NCBI GenBank assembly: GCA_041659045.1
Contig: JBAZZB010000002.1
Coordinates: forward strand, 159,855 to 223,854
Direction: 5' to 3'
Source of the DNA: Patescibacteria group bacterium
GTDB taxonomy: Bacteria; Patescibacteriota; Patescibacteriia; SG8-24; DYFX01
DNA: 64,000 nucleotides
The notes beneath the pieces were generated by a model that saw only the letters and a program-made list of their open reading frames with translations, made no database searches and was not told where the DNA came from. A program made the translations under genes and the position numbers. Below, in pieces: positions 1 through 10,058 of this stretch (positions are counted from its first letter, which is position 1; each line of letters opens with the position of its first letter).

Positions 1-309
1 GTTATTATCGAACAGACCGTCCGGAATCTCGTTATCAGCCGCCTCACCAATATGCGTTGTGAAGACGCTACCAGTGACGGTTACCGACTTTGCCGTCGGC
101 GTGCCACAGGTACCTCGGGCGGTATAGAGACAGTTCCCGTCTCCGTCGTAGAGCTTGAAGATGATGGAGAGTGCGCCGTCCGGAACCTGAACGCCGCCGG
201 AGTCGGTCAGGCGGGCTTGATAGTTGAGGACTTTAGGGACAGAGTTGGCGGCGTGAACTGGAAAAACAAGGGAAAAGACGATGAAAACCGCGGGGAAAAC
301 GGTCTTCAT
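1..309 (-). CDS. N-terminus of a secreted/surface protein (partial, runs off the window start)
   Basis: Not in the ORF track; manual translation from ATG at 309: MKTVFPAVFIVFSLVFPVHAANSVPKVLNYQARLTDSGGVQVPDG..., a signal peptide followed by an LNYQxRLTD motif seen at the start of large surface or fibre-like proteins; open to base 1. Confidence 0.7.
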   Translation of the reverse strand, partial: MKTVFPAVFIVFSLVFPVHAANSVPKVLNYQARLTDSGGVQVPDGALSIIFKLYDGDGNCLYTARGTCGTPTAKSVTVTGSVFTTHIGEAADNEIPDGLFDNN

Positions 310-575
310 CGCCCGGAGGAGTCGTTTTTTGTGCGAAAAACCGCCAGACAGCACAAAAGCCACCTGGCGGCCGGTATCAAAACCGCTAATTCGTGCGAAA
401 AAATTGTAAAGCTCCCCCCCCATTTGTTTTTGTTTTTCCTCAGAACCCTGCTAAGCCCTGTGGATACATAGAAATTTTACCATTTTTTGGCCATAAAATC
501 AAGCTTTGATGGAGGTCTGAGCTTAATAAGCGAAAATCCTTCCTCAGAGAGGACGAAAAATGGTAGAGTGAAGCC

Positions 576-1742
576 ATGAGAATCGGTATTGACGCACGGT
601 TTTTCGGACCAGTTGGCAAAGGACTCGGGCGCTACACCGAGAGGCTCATTGAGAACCTGGAGGCACTCGAGAGCCAGCACGCCCCGCATGCGCGGGGCGA
701 GGGGCGCATGCCCCTCGATTTTGTGGTGTTTTTGCGTAAAGAGAACTTCGATCTCTATCAACCTTCATCAGCCCGTTTTCGCAAGGTTTTGGCTGATTTT
801 CCGTGGTATTCATGGGCTGAACAGCTGTTTTTCCCACCATTGCTTCGGAAGGAAGGGGTCGATCTCATGCATTTTCCGCATTTTAACGTGCCGATTCTGA
901 CCCCGTGCCCGTTTCTCGTGACGATTCATGATTTGATCCTCTTCCGATACCCAACAAAGCGGGCGACGACGCTCAATTCGGTGGTATACCGCTTAAAATA
1001 CGCGGCTTATCACCTCACAATCCGCCTTGCCGCACGCCGTGCTCGACGCGTTATCGCCGTCTCGGAGTACACAAAGCAGGACATCATGAAATCGCTCGGC
1101 GTTCCTGAAGATAAAATCACCGTCACGTACGAAGCTTCCGACGCGGTACGAACAAGCGGTACTGGAAACATCGACCTGGCAGCTAAAAAGATCTCAAAAC
1201 CCTACTTCCTTTACGTCGGTAACGCCTATCCGCATAAAAACCTGGAACGCCTGCTCGAAGTCTTCAAAAAACTGCTGAAAGAAGGGATTGAGGCCCAGCT
1301 CGTCCTGGTCGGCAAAATGGATTATTTCTACAATCGGTTGAAAAAGGAAGCGGAACAGCTCGGACTTCTCAAGGAAAACGATACTCTTTTCTACGGATAC
1401 GCGACCGAGGACGAACTCGCGGAGCTCTATCGCAGCGCAAGAGTCTACGTTTTCCCATCATTACTCGAAGGATTCGGACTCCCCCCTCTTGAAGCCATGC
1501 GCTACGGCACTCCGGTTGCGGCCGCCGACTCGTCCTGCCTGCCCGAAGTACTCGGTGACGCGGCAACCTATTTCTCGCCCGAGGATCCGCTATCAATGGC
1601 CGACGCCATGAAACGAGCGTACTCCGACGAGGCACTGAGAGCAGCGCTCCGAGAACGCGGAATCGATCAAGCCAACCGTTACACCTGGAAAGAGTGCGCG
1701 GAACGCACCTATCAAGCCTACATTTCTTCCTTCAAACCATGA
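576..1742 (+). CDS. Glycosyltransferase family 4 (GT-B)
   Basis: MRIGIDAR start, HFPHFNVP, YPHKNL, EGFGLPPLEAM motifs. Confidence 0.93.
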   Translation: MRIGIDARFFGPVGKGLGRYTERLIENLEALESQHAPHARGEGRMPLDFVVFLRKENFDLYQPSSARFRKVLADFPWYSWAEQLFFPPLLRKEGVDLMHFPHFNVPILTPCPFLVTIHDLILFRYPTKRATTLNSVVYRLKYAAYHLTIRLAARRARRVIAVSEYTKQDIMKSLGVPEDKITVTYEASDAVRTSGTGNIDLAAKKISKPYFLYVGNAYPHKNLERLLEVFKKLLKEGIEAQLVLVGKMDYFYNRLKKEAEQLGLLKENDTLFYGYATEDELAELYRSARVYVFPSLLEGFGLPPLEAMRYGTPVAAADSSCLPEVLGDAATYFSPEDPLSMADAMKRAYSDEALRAALRERGIDQANRYTWKECAERTYQAYISSFKP

Positions 1743-4186
1743 ACGAGTACGCACGGCGCGAATCAATGAACGAGACGAACGATCGGCGCAAAGGCGTGAC
1801 GATCCAGGATTCGTCTACAATGTCGCCGCACGTCGTCGATCTTTCGGCTTTTTCCAAGAACGTGCCGAAAGGCCCGCGCCCGAATTTGGATTTTTGGCAA
1901 AAGGTAAACGTCTGGGCGCGCGTCTTCAAACGCGCCGATCGATCGCATCGTTCGATGGTTCCGTTCATGCCACACAAAAAAACACAGCACGCTTCGATTC
2001 GCGGATTCTTGAAGCTGCCGTTTGCGATGTTGGTGCTGCTGTTTAAAAAAACACCGAAGGCAGCGCGACCACAAATCACCAAGGCGGTTCCGGTTCCGCT
2101 TCCGCCTCGACCCGTTCTTCTTAAAATCGACGCGCCAGCACCAGTCACGATTAAACTTTCCAAAAAAAGAAAACCGTTTTTTTCCTTTTTTCCGGACGCG
2201 GCTTGGAAGCGCCAGGTCCTCACGTTTGCCGTCATTGCGATCATTGTCACACTGCCATTACAAGCGTTGTTGTCGTACGCCGGACTGCTCCAACGCGCTG
2301 GCGTCATTGCTGCTGACGCTCAAGAAGCCGTCGGCAGCCTTAAAAACGCCGGTGAGGACGCGCTGGGCAGCGAAGATTCAGCCGTCGACGCTTTCACGCG
2401 CTCAGCCGGAGCTTTTGCCTCTACGCGCGAGCGCGTCGATGACGTGACCGTGCAGTTGGCTGCGCTCTTGAGCGGCAACGGTGAGAAACTTTCGAGCGGC
2501 ACGAAGCTTTTGAATGCCGGAGAAGAAGTTGCCAAGGCGGGCGCGGAGCTCGCTGCTGGATTGGACGCGATGCAATCATCGCAGGACACAAATGCCGTGA
2601 AGCTCGCGCACATGACAACCGCGCTTGCCGCTGCACTCCCCCATCTCGAGAGCGGCGTCACTCAACTCAACGATGTTTCCGCTCGCAGCGTGCCCACGGA
2701 GTATCGCGCGATGTTCGTTCGCATTCGAGAGGACGTACAGTCAGCTCTCGACGACCTGAAGAGAGCTTCCGCTTCTTCTCCGACTCTTCTTGATGCGATC
2801 GGAGCAAACGGAAAGCGCCGCTACCTCGTCGTCTTTCAAAACGCCAACGAGTTGCGACCGACCGGCGGCTTTATCGGCTCCTTCGCACTCATGGATCTCG
2901 AGGACGGCAAGATTACGAAGATGGAAATCCCTTCGGGCGGTTCTTACGACCTGCGGGGCGGATTCAATCGACGCATCATGGCCCCCGATCAGCTTCGCCT
3001 CGTAAATCCTCGCTGGGAATTCCAAGACGCTAACTGGTTCCCCGACTTCCCCACCTCGGCGCGTTCGCTCATGTGGTTCTACGAGAAGAGCGGCGGCCCG
3101 ACTGTCGATGGTGTGATTGCGATCACCTCCAGCGTCATGCAAGAGCTTCTGCATGCCGTTGGTCCGATCGAAATGGCGGAATACGGAAAGACGATTACCG
3201 CCGACAACTTTCTTCTTGAAACCCAAAAGTCCGTCGAGATTGAATACGACCGCGAGACGAACCGTCCGAAACAGATCATCAGCGACATGGCGCCGAAGCT
3301 GTTGAAGAAGCTGGTCGACGGCGGCTCGAACGACCTGCCGAAGCTGGCCGCCTCGCTGGGCAACGCGCTCTCTGCCAAAGATATCCAAGTGTATCTCCGC
3401 GATGAAACCGCTCAGAGCGCCGCTGACGCCTTTGGCTGGACTGGTGCTCTGCGCCCGATTCCGAACGCCGACTACCTCGCCGTGATCGACACGAACATCG
3501 CCGGAGGAAAAACAGATGGCGTGATCGAAGAGTTCATCCGACACGAAACGCGTTTCGAAGAAAACGGAGACATCGTCAATACCGTCACCGTCACACGCGC
3601 GCATCAGGGCAAGGCTGGAGAACTTTTCACTGGCATCAAGAATATCGACTACATGCGCGTCTACGTGCCAAAGGGCAGCGCGCTCCTCTCTGCAGAAGGC
3701 TTCCAAGCCCCCGCGGACGGCTACTTCCTCCCTCAAGACACGACTCTCCAACCTTCAACATTACTCGCTGCCGTTGAAGGATCAACAACGATCGACGAAG
3801 CATCTGGCACAACGATCCACGACGAATCCGAACTCACGGTCTTTGGCAACTGGGTGCAGCTCGAACCAGGTGAAACAAAAACAGTCACTCTGAGCTATCG
3901 ACTCCCCTTCCGACTTGCCGACCTGACACGATCACCTGAAACGTGGGTAGACCGCTTGAAAGATACCGTCGGAGCATACGTCCCGACCGCTGACCTAAAA
4001 CTCATTGTTCAAAAACAGGCCGGCGCAACGAAACGCACGTTCGAAAATCGCACACTCGCTCCGAAGGGGTGGTCGATCCGCACGAGTGTTCCGGAAGAAG
4101 CGAAAGTTGAACAAGGCAGGCTTGAACTTACGGCACCGCTCGACCAAGACGTCTTCGTCGGCATGGTGCTCGTCAATCGCGAATAA
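1739..4186 (+). CDS. DUF4012 domain membrane-anchored protein
   Basis: YLVVFQNANELRPTGGFIGS and DANWFPDFPTSA motifs; ATG at 1739 overlaps the upstream stop (ATGA). Confidence 0.85.
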   Translation: MNEYARRESMNETNDRRKGVTIQDSSTMSPHVVDLSAFSKNVPKGPRPNLDFWQKVNVWARVFKRADRSHRSMVPFMPHKKTQHASIRGFLKLPFAMLVLLFKKTPKAARPQITKAVPVPLPPRPVLLKIDAPAPVTIKLSKKRKPFFSFFPDAAWKRQVLTFAVIAIIVTLPLQALLSYAGLLQRAGVIAADAQEAVGSLKNAGEDALGSEDSAVDAFTRSAGAFASTRERVDDVTVQLAALLSGNGEKLSSGTKLLNAGEEVAKAGAELAAGLDAMQSSQDTNAVKLAHMTTALAAALPHLESGVTQLNDVSARSVPTEYRAMFVRIREDVQSALDDLKRASASSPTLLDAIGANGKRRYLVVFQNANELRPTGGFIGSFALMDLEDGKITKMEIPSGGSYDLRGGFNRRIMAPDQLRLVNPRWEFQDANWFPDFPTSARSLMWFYEKSGGPTVDGVIAITSSVMQELLHAVGPIEMAEYGKTITADNFLLETQKSVEIEYDRETNRPKQIISDMAPKLLKKLVDGGSNDLPKLAASLGNALSAKDIQVYLRDETAQSAADAFGWTGALRPIPNADYLAVIDTNIAGGKTDGVIEEFIRHETRFEENGDIVNTVTVTRAHQGKAGELFTGIKNIDYMRVYVPKGSALLSAEGFQAPADGYFLPQDTTLQPSTLLAAVEGSTTIDEASGTTIHDESELTVFGNWVQLEPGETKTVTLSYRLPFRLADLTRSPETWVDRLKDTVGAYVPTADLKLIVQKQAGATKRTFENRTLAPKGWSIRTSVPEEAKVEQGRLELTAPLDQDVFVGMVLVNRE

Positions 4187-4194
4187 AGACTTCT

Positions 4195-6045
4195 ATGGAG
4201 GAGAAGCCGAAACAACCGAAACAGGACTTGGAGCAGGAGTTGAAACAGATCTACTCCGATTCCGACGGAGCGATGCCGGACTTCACGCGTCTTGATGGCA
4301 AGCCCGGAAGTCGCCTGCGTTCCGCACTGATTCTCTCCGCGTTCGCGCTTCTGGTTATCGGCGGCGCAACCTGGGCGGGCATCTTCCTCTTCTCTCGCAC
4401 GTCAGGCTTCAGCGGCAACGGAGTCGGGCTGACCGTGCAAACGGACGGCGCCTTTACTTCCGGAAGCGAAGAAGAGGTCGTCATCCGTTACCAAAACCGC
4501 GAACGGATTCCACTCGCCCGCGCGAACATCGTCCTGAAAATGCCCGAGGGCTTCACCATGACGATTGCCGAGCTCCCTTCCACCGAAAAAAACACGTGGG
4601 CGATCGGTTCAATCGCGCCCGGCGCAGAAGGCGAAGTAAAAGTGCGCGGATACGTGAAGCGCGAGCTCGAAGCCGCGCTCACCTTCCAAGCCGAACTCAA
4701 CTACAAGCCCGCCGATTTCAACGCCGAATTCCAAAAAGTTGCTTCCCACACCGTTGTCGTGAAAGATGCCGCTCTGACGCTCTCGGCCACGGGCACGCCA
4801 GAGATGACGCCGGGCGACGAAATCGCGTACGTCTTCGACTACGAGAATCGATCAGAGCTGCCGTTGGAAAATATCCGCTTGCAGCTTGATCCGCTTGAAG
4901 GATTCATCTTCGAAACATCAAAGCCGAAAAACGACGAAGGCGTCGCCATGCAATGGACGTTCCCGAAAATCGAAGCTGGCGCCAAGGCATCAGTCACGGT
5001 ACGAGGCACGTTCTCCGCAGCATCGCGCGGACAGAAGACGTTGCATGGTCGTATGGGGTTCGCAGAGAACTCAAAGATGATCGAGGTTGCAAAAGCGGAC
5101 ACAACGACCAATGTCTTGAAAAGCAATCTGGACCTGGCACTCATCGTAAACGGTTCTGATAAGCCGCCGATCGCCTCGTTCGGCGACACGCTCTACTTCT
5201 CGGTGCGCTACGAGAACGCCGGCGACGTCGCGCTGAAAGACGTTGTCATCTCTGCAGCTCTCCCATCAGAGCCGACAGGTAAAACTATTCTCGACTGGGT
5301 TTCTCTGAAAGACGACCTGCTCGGCAAGCGCGTCGGCTCCACCGTGTCTTGGACAAAGAAGGAACTCCCCGCCCTCGCGCTCCTCGGCCCGGGTGATAAA
5401 GGCGAAATTGCCTTCTCGGTACAACTGATTCGCAAACCCTTCTCTGACGTCACCTCTTCCGTCTACGCCATTCACGCCGTCGCCAGCGCGATGATCGGCA
5501 AGGCCGGAAAAATCTCTGGCTCGCGCCAAGTCGACACCGCCCCCTTCAACATTCTCTTGCAAAGCGATACCGCGTTCCAAGCCTACGGCCGATACTTCAA
5601 CGAGGACGGAACACCGATCGGTTCAGGACCGCTCCCGCCAAAAGCCGGAGAAAAAACAATCTACCGCGTGACCTGGGTCGTGCAGAATTCGCTTCATGAA
5701 CTCACCGATCTCACCGCGACAACACTTCTGCCGCAAGGCGCGAAGTGGACCGGCGAGGAACGCACGGTCGAAGCGGGCAGCCTGAGCTTCGACGAAACAG
5801 GCCGCAAGGCGACATGGCGTCTCAACCGCATGCCAACGTCCGTAAAAAGCGTCTCAATCAACTTCGACGTCGAGTTGATTCCAGAAGCGGAAGACGCCGG
5901 TAAAATCGTCGACATCACCGGCGACAACCGGCTTGAAGGCTTCGATAAAGACGTCGGTACCGTGATCCTAAAAACGGCTCCGAGCATCGGAACCGATCTC
6001 CTGGGTGACGAGTCCGCCGCCGGCAAAGGCGTCGTGCGCGAATGA
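4195..6045 (+). CDS. Membrane-anchored protein with repeated Ig-like (DUF11-like) domains
   Basis: Single N-terminal TM helix, repeated beta-rich units (Y.N....L......L...W.I..L.PG..G). Confidence 0.7.
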   Translation: MEEKPKQPKQDLEQELKQIYSDSDGAMPDFTRLDGKPGSRLRSALILSAFALLVIGGATWAGIFLFSRTSGFSGNGVGLTVQTDGAFTSGSEEEVVIRYQNRERIPLARANIVLKMPEGFTMTIAELPSTEKNTWAIGSIAPGAEGEVKVRGYVKRELEAALTFQAELNYKPADFNAEFQKVASHTVVVKDAALTLSATGTPEMTPGDEIAYVFDYENRSELPLENIRLQLDPLEGFIFETSKPKNDEGVAMQWTFPKIEAGAKASVTVRGTFSAASRGQKTLHGRMGFAENSKMIEVAKADTTTNVLKSNLDLALIVNGSDKPPIASFGDTLYFSVRYENAGDVALKDVVISAALPSEPTGKTILDWVSLKDDLLGKRVGSTVSWTKKELPALALLGPGDKGEIAFSVQLIRKPFSDVTSSVYAIHAVASAMIGKAGKISGSRQVDTAPFNILLQSDTAFQAYGRYFNEDGTPIGSGPLPPKAGEKTIYRVTWVVQNSLHELTDLTATTLLPQGAKWTGEERTVEAGSLSFDETGRKATWRLNRMPTSVKSVSINFDVELIPEAEDAGKIVDITGDNRLEGFDKDVGTVILKTAPSIGTDLLGDESAAGKGVVRE

Positions 6046-6582
6046 TCACTTCAGAACGTACTCCACGGAACGAACACCCGAAAGCGCCTCAAGGCGCTTT
6101 TTGGTTTTCTCGAGCGGCCGTTTTGTCTCGGAAGAAATCAGGGCATCGTAATGAAACAGTCCGTCGAATCTCGCCGTGAGCGTCGTTTGTTGATCTGCAA
6201 ATTCTTTCTCCGTCTCATCATTCAATTCTTGGTCGAGCACGACAAGCAAACGCGACGCGTCAATCAAACGGCCATCTTCAAGACGCGCGTATCCTCGTTC
6301 CGCATCGCAAGCGTCGCCACACGTCGCGAGCCACAAAGGACTATGGCACTCCGTCGGCAACAAACGATCGCCCGGTGAGCGCGTCGGACGCGCCTCGCAA
6401 CCCTTCGGACAGACGGAACCGATGGCTACCGGAGTCTTATAGCACTGTCGCTCTTTCATATCGATCGTGCCCAGCACAGCCTGCGTGAAAGGATTCCGCA
6501 CCGGTGAACCGTCCGAGATCACGCCAAAGCCAGCGACAAGGAACGTCGCTCCGATCAGGAGGCGTGCGGGTGCGGTGCGCAT
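6046..6582 (-). CDS. Hypothetical secreted Cys-rich protein
   Basis: ATG at 6582 preceded by TATACT 8 nt upstream; signal-like N-terminus; 6 Cys. Confidence 0.6.
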   Translation of the reverse strand: MRTAPARLLIGATFLVAGFGVISDGSPVRNPFTQAVLGTIDMKERQCYKTPVAIGSVCPKGCEARPTRSPGDRLLPTECHSPLWLATCGDACDAERGYARLEDGRLIDASRLLVVLDQELNDETEKEFADQQTTLTARFDGLFHYDALISSETKRPLEKTKKRLEALSGVRSVEYVLK

Positions 6583-6622
6583 ATGCGCTGAGTATAGGAG
6601 CGGCCAGAGGAAATGGCAAACG

Positions 6623-6650
6623 AAAAACCTCCGGCGATACCGGAGGTTTT
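6623..6650. terminator. Intrinsic terminator downstream of tRNA-Arg
   Basis: AAAAACCTCCGG-CGATA-CCGGAGGTTTT inverted repeat. Confidence 0.75.
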
Positions 6651-6653
6651 CCA

Positions 6654-6730
6654 TGGTGCACCCGAGACGATTCGAACGTCTGATCTCTTCCTTCGGAGGG
6701 AAGCGCTTTATCCAGCTAAGCTACGGGTGC
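6654..6730 (-). tRNA. tRNA-Arg(CCG)
   Basis: Cloverleaf GCACCCG..., anticodon arm CTTCC-CTCCGAA-GGAAG, TTCGAA T-loop, encoded CCA. Confidence 0.95.
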
Positions 6731-6735
6731 CTGCC

Positions 6736-7689
6736 TTATGGACGCAGGCGCCGCGCGAAGGCGTAGACCGTATACCAGAACCGATTGAGCGGCAAGTCGA
6801 AGGTGCCGGGGTAGCTGACGTAGCGTCCGCCGAAACCGCGCTTAAAACGCGTGATACCAGCCCAACTATGCCCCGCCGCGCCTTCAGGGGCCACACCCCA
6901 GAAATCATAGTTCGCATACCCCCAGACTTTGGCGTCCTGCATCGCCTGCCAATGCAACGCTTGCGGTGCCATCACCTCGCGACGATCACGGCTTGAAGCT
7001 CCGTGAAGATACGTTGCCGTCGTGCCGAAATAGAGCATCAGGTTGGCAGCCAAAACCTTGCCGTCGTGCTCCGCAAATACGAGACGCGCGACAGGGCGAG
7101 TCTTTCCGTCCGTGGCCGGATCGCCAGAAAGCGTTTCAAGCATCTGTTGGTAGTACGCTTTGTCGTGAGCGCGAAACTGATCGCGCTCCGTGGTTTCCGA
7201 CATGAGCTGCCAGAAGATTTCGATGGCGCTCGGGTCATGGCCGCCCGCCATGAAAACCTTCACACCCTTACGTTCTGCCAAGCGAATATTGTAACGCCAC
7301 TTTTCGTGCATGGCAGCCATAAGCGCCTCCGTATCCTGACGAAGATCGACAATCAACGTTTGTCCTGGTTGCACGTCATTCGTTTTCTTCGCACGCTCGG
7401 GAATTTCTTTCGGCTCGCAGCGGAAAAAATCGGCCTCGGTGAGCGCGCCGGCAGCGGTGAGTTTTTCAATCGCCTGTGCCCCAAGCGGACCACGCGGGCT
7501 GTACCAGTACGACCTTGAAAACGGCAGTGAGCGTTTCACGAGCAACGCCAAGGCGTTCTCCCCGCGCCAACGCGCGATCTCAGCCCCGGCCTTTTCCTGA
7601 AACGTTCCCCACTCCCACGATTGCAAAAAATCTCCGCCCAAGCGAAGCACCTCCTCGTTCCAATCACCTTGTACGGTGACGCGTTTCAT
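6736..7689 (-). CDS. FemABX-family peptidoglycan bridge peptidyltransferase
   Basis: FLQSWEWG, YSPRGP, KWRYNIRLAERKGV, YDFWG, GITRFKRGFGG motifs. Confidence 0.9.
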   Translation of the reverse strand: MKRVTVQGDWNEEVLRLGGDFLQSWEWGTFQEKAGAEIARWRGENALALLVKRSLPFSRSYWYSPRGPLGAQAIEKLTAAGALTEADFFRCEPKEIPERAKKTNDVQPGQTLIVDLRQDTEALMAAMHEKWRYNIRLAERKGVKVFMAGGHDPSAIEIFWQLMSETTERDQFRAHDKAYYQQMLETLSGDPATDGKTRPVARLVFAEHDGKVLAANLMLYFGTTATYLHGASSRDRREVMAPQALHWQAMQDAKVWGYANYDFWGVAPEGAAGHSWAGITRFKRGFGGRYVSYPGTFDLPLNRFWYTVYAFARRLRP

Positions 7690-8237
7690 TATCGCGACAA
7701 CATTCTAAGCGCTTGTTTAATGCGTTCTTCGGTCGTGCCGTCGAGATCTTTCACGATCTCTCGTGCCTTGTGACGAGCATAGCCGAGGTTTTCAAGCGCC
7801 GAAACGGCTTCGTCTCCCCCTTCGCCCGGATCATCGTCCGTCACGAGCTTGCCCTTGAGTTCGAGCACGACACGCTGCGCCGTCTTGCGACCGACGCCGG
7901 AAGCACTTTCGAGATACGAAACATCGCCGCGCTCAACCGCACCGCGCACGCTCTCAACCGTGCCAAGCGACAAGAGCTGCAGCGCCATCTTCGGACCAAC
8001 GCCCGAAACGGTAATGAGCTTCCAGAACAACTCAAGCTCGGCGACTGTCGCGAAGCCAACGAGATCGTTCGCGTCCTCTCGGATGATTTGATGGGTGTAC
8101 AGGCGCGCCTCGCTCCCCTTTTCGAGAGCCGCCAAAAGGTGCGTTGGCACCTTCACAAGATAGCCAATATCGCCGACAAGCAGAATGACGTGCTCGCGGC
8201 CTTTTTCCAGCACCGAACCTTTGAGAAAAGCGATCAT
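7689..8237 (-). CDS. ruvA: Holliday junction branch migration protein RuvA
   Basis: MIAFLKG start, LITVSGVGPKMAL, GVGRKTAQRVVLELKGK, ALENLGY. Confidence 0.95.
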   Translation of the reverse strand: MIAFLKGSVLEKGREHVILLVGDIGYLVKVPTHLLAALEKGSEARLYTHQIIREDANDLVGFATVAELELFWKLITVSGVGPKMALQLLSLGTVESVRGAVERGDVSYLESASGVGRKTAQRVVLELKGKLVTDDDPGEGGDEAVSALENLGYARHKAREIVKDLDGTTEERIKQALRMLSR

Positions 8238-8265
8238 GGGTTCAGTCTACCCTCCGATTTTCGCC

Positions 8266-8295
8266 TTGACAACAGAGGTTGCGTGCCCATAAAAT
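8266..8295 (+). promoter_or_regulatory. sigma70-like promoter for orphan gene
   Basis: TTGACA-18 nt-TAAAAT followed by GAGGAGG SD. Confidence 0.6.
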
Positions 8296-8314
8296 CGGCG
8301 CGAGGAGGACTGTG

Positions 8315-8671
8315 GTGAACGACTGCAACGTGAGAGATTCTGATGTGTGTGTCACGCATACGAACTGGGACGCTGTTCCACCCCGTTCGCTCGAAATCTC
8401 AAAAGACCGCATGCGAGAAATCGATGCCGAGCTCAGTGCCCTCGCGAGGCTCCACGCCTACGCTCGCGAACAGGCACGTCTTGCCAAGCGTTTCTGCCGT
8501 ATTGCCGAGGTTATTCTGGAACAATGTGGCTGCGATCACATTTTCTACCGGTACAGAGATCAGCACGTGCTGTTCATCTGGCCGATGGGGCCGCCTCTCG
8601 AGATGTCACTTGAACGATTTCTCAGGATCTTCGAACGTCCGTCAATCTCTCCTCTCCGCGTGGTCAAGTAA
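8315..8671 (+). CDS. Hypothetical protein (orphan)
   Basis: GTG start after GAGGAGG SD, own promoter, T-tract after the stop. Confidence 0.55.
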   Translation: MNDCNVRDSDVCVTHTNWDAVPPRSLEISKDRMREIDAELSALARLHAYAREQARLAKRFCRIAEVILEQCGCDHIFYRYRDQHVLFIWPMGPPLEMSLERFLRIFERPSISPLRVVK

Positions 8672-8717
8672 CCCGCGGACTTTTTTTTACCAAAGCGCCG
8701 TGCTACGCTCCACGCAT

Positions 8718-9674
8718 ATGCAGGAAAAACCTGACAAGCGCGTACGTCTCTCGCCCTTTGAACGGCCTGAGATGAGAATTGAAGATAAGAAGCGTGTCCT
8801 AAACGCTTTTACCGAAACTTTCTTGGACAAGTCGAACCAGACCCGTCTAGGAGCTGGTACGACCGCTGAAGTCATGGCGAATAACCTTGACCCGGCTTTG
8901 AGCAAATTCGTTTCAAAGTTTGCGTACGCGGATCGCCCGCACCACGGCATTTTGAACGATCTTGAAACCGAATTCGAACAGCAGTTGAATGCCTGGCGCA
9001 TGACAGAAGGTTGGAAAACGAAATATCCGAAAGCGCCGCGCGTACGCGTACCGGAGCCGATCGGCTACGTGCGTGAAGGTGACAACGAGGTGCTTGTCAT
9101 GGAGCGCGTGCGCGGAAAAACCCTCTGGCGTCTTTTGATGGAAAACTATTTGCGCACGGAAGGCATTGCCAGCGGACGGCTTACTGAGCGCGATGCTGAG
9201 GATCTTGCTCAACACCCTGACGACTCGTACGTTGAAGACTTTTTGATCCGTCGCACGGACATGGCGCAGTACTACCAGCATGGTCGCCACAAGGAAATCG
9301 AAAAAACCATGTGGGATAACTGCTATCGTAAGCAGTCCGCTATTGTGACGGAAGACCAGTTCAAAGCCATCCAAGCGTTTGCGGCACTTTCCAAGCGTGA
9401 GAAGTTCTGGCATCGCGATTTTCATCCGAAGAACGTTATGATCTCCGATAACGGAGATGTCTTCGTTATTGATTTCGGACTCTCGACGCAAGGTATGGAT
9501 GAGAAAGACGCCATGCACATCGAAAACTTCGGTCAGGAAATCATGATGACCGCCGGATACGAGGGTTTGATCGAGCAGCTGCGCGGATCCGGCAACGGCG
9601 ACTCAACCGATCCAAAGCGTCAACGCGTGCCCATGTCTACTTGGCACAAGCCCGATCTTGACAAAAAGGCTTAA
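8718..9674 (+). CDS. Protein-kinase-like phosphotransferase (RIO/Bud32/Kdo-kinase-like)
   Basis: LGAGTTAEV Gly loop, VLVMERVRG hinge, HRDFHPKNVM catalytic loop, IDFG; start 8718 after TGCTACGCT. Confidence 0.8.
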   Translation: MQEKPDKRVRLSPFERPEMRIEDKKRVLNAFTETFLDKSNQTRLGAGTTAEVMANNLDPALSKFVSKFAYADRPHHGILNDLETEFEQQLNAWRMTEGWKTKYPKAPRVRVPEPIGYVREGDNEVLVMERVRGKTLWRLLMENYLRTEGIASGRLTERDAEDLAQHPDDSYVEDFLIRRTDMAQYYQHGRHKEIEKTMWDNCYRKQSAIVTEDQFKAIQAFAALSKREKFWHRDFHPKNVMISDNGDVFVIDFGLSTQGMDEKDAMHIENFGQEIMMTAGYEGLIEQLRGSGNGDSTDPKRQRVPMSTWHKPDLDKKA

Positions 9675-9715
9675 AATCCGTATATTCAGACTCCCGATCA
9701 CGAGGAGACACACCT

Positions 9716-10021
9716 ATGATGACTTTCTCACCCATCCGCCTGCAGGAGATTCGCGACGCGATTGTCGCTGGGTCCGGCCGCGAGATCGAGAAGATCGCGC
9801 ATGTCTTCGGACCGCTCCGCTCGCCCTTCGACGGCTTCGTCGCGCTCGTTCCGATCGAAGCGACTGACGATGCCGGCACATTCGGCGTTGCCGTCGAAGC
9901 CTGCGGCTTCCGTCACACGCAACATCTTGGACTCGAAGCGTTCCAGGCCGCCGGTGTTCCGACAGAAGGCCTGCCGGCATGCGGCGTGTTCATCGGCGCT
10001 CCTTTCACTCAACCCGCCTGA
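9716..10021 (+). CDS. Hypothetical protein (orphan)
   Basis: GAGGAG SD, ends directly before a terminator hairpin. Confidence 0.5.
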   Translation: MMTFSPIRLQEIRDAIVAGSGREIEKIAHVFGPLRSPFDGFVALVPIEATDDAGTFGVAVEACGFRHTQHLGLEAFQAAGVPTEGLPACGVFIGAPFTQPA

Positions 10022-10023
10022 CA

Positions 10024-10056
10024 CAAAACCCATCGACACACGTCGATGGGTTTTTC
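10024..10056. terminator. Bidirectional intrinsic terminator
   Basis: AAAACCCATCGAC-ACAC-GTCGATGGGTTTTT between convergent genes. Confidence 0.8.
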
Positions 10057-10058
10057 AT

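Noticed and set aside
52-471. 139-aa plus-strand ORF
   Set aside because: Antisense to the better-supported minus-strand gene starting at 309.
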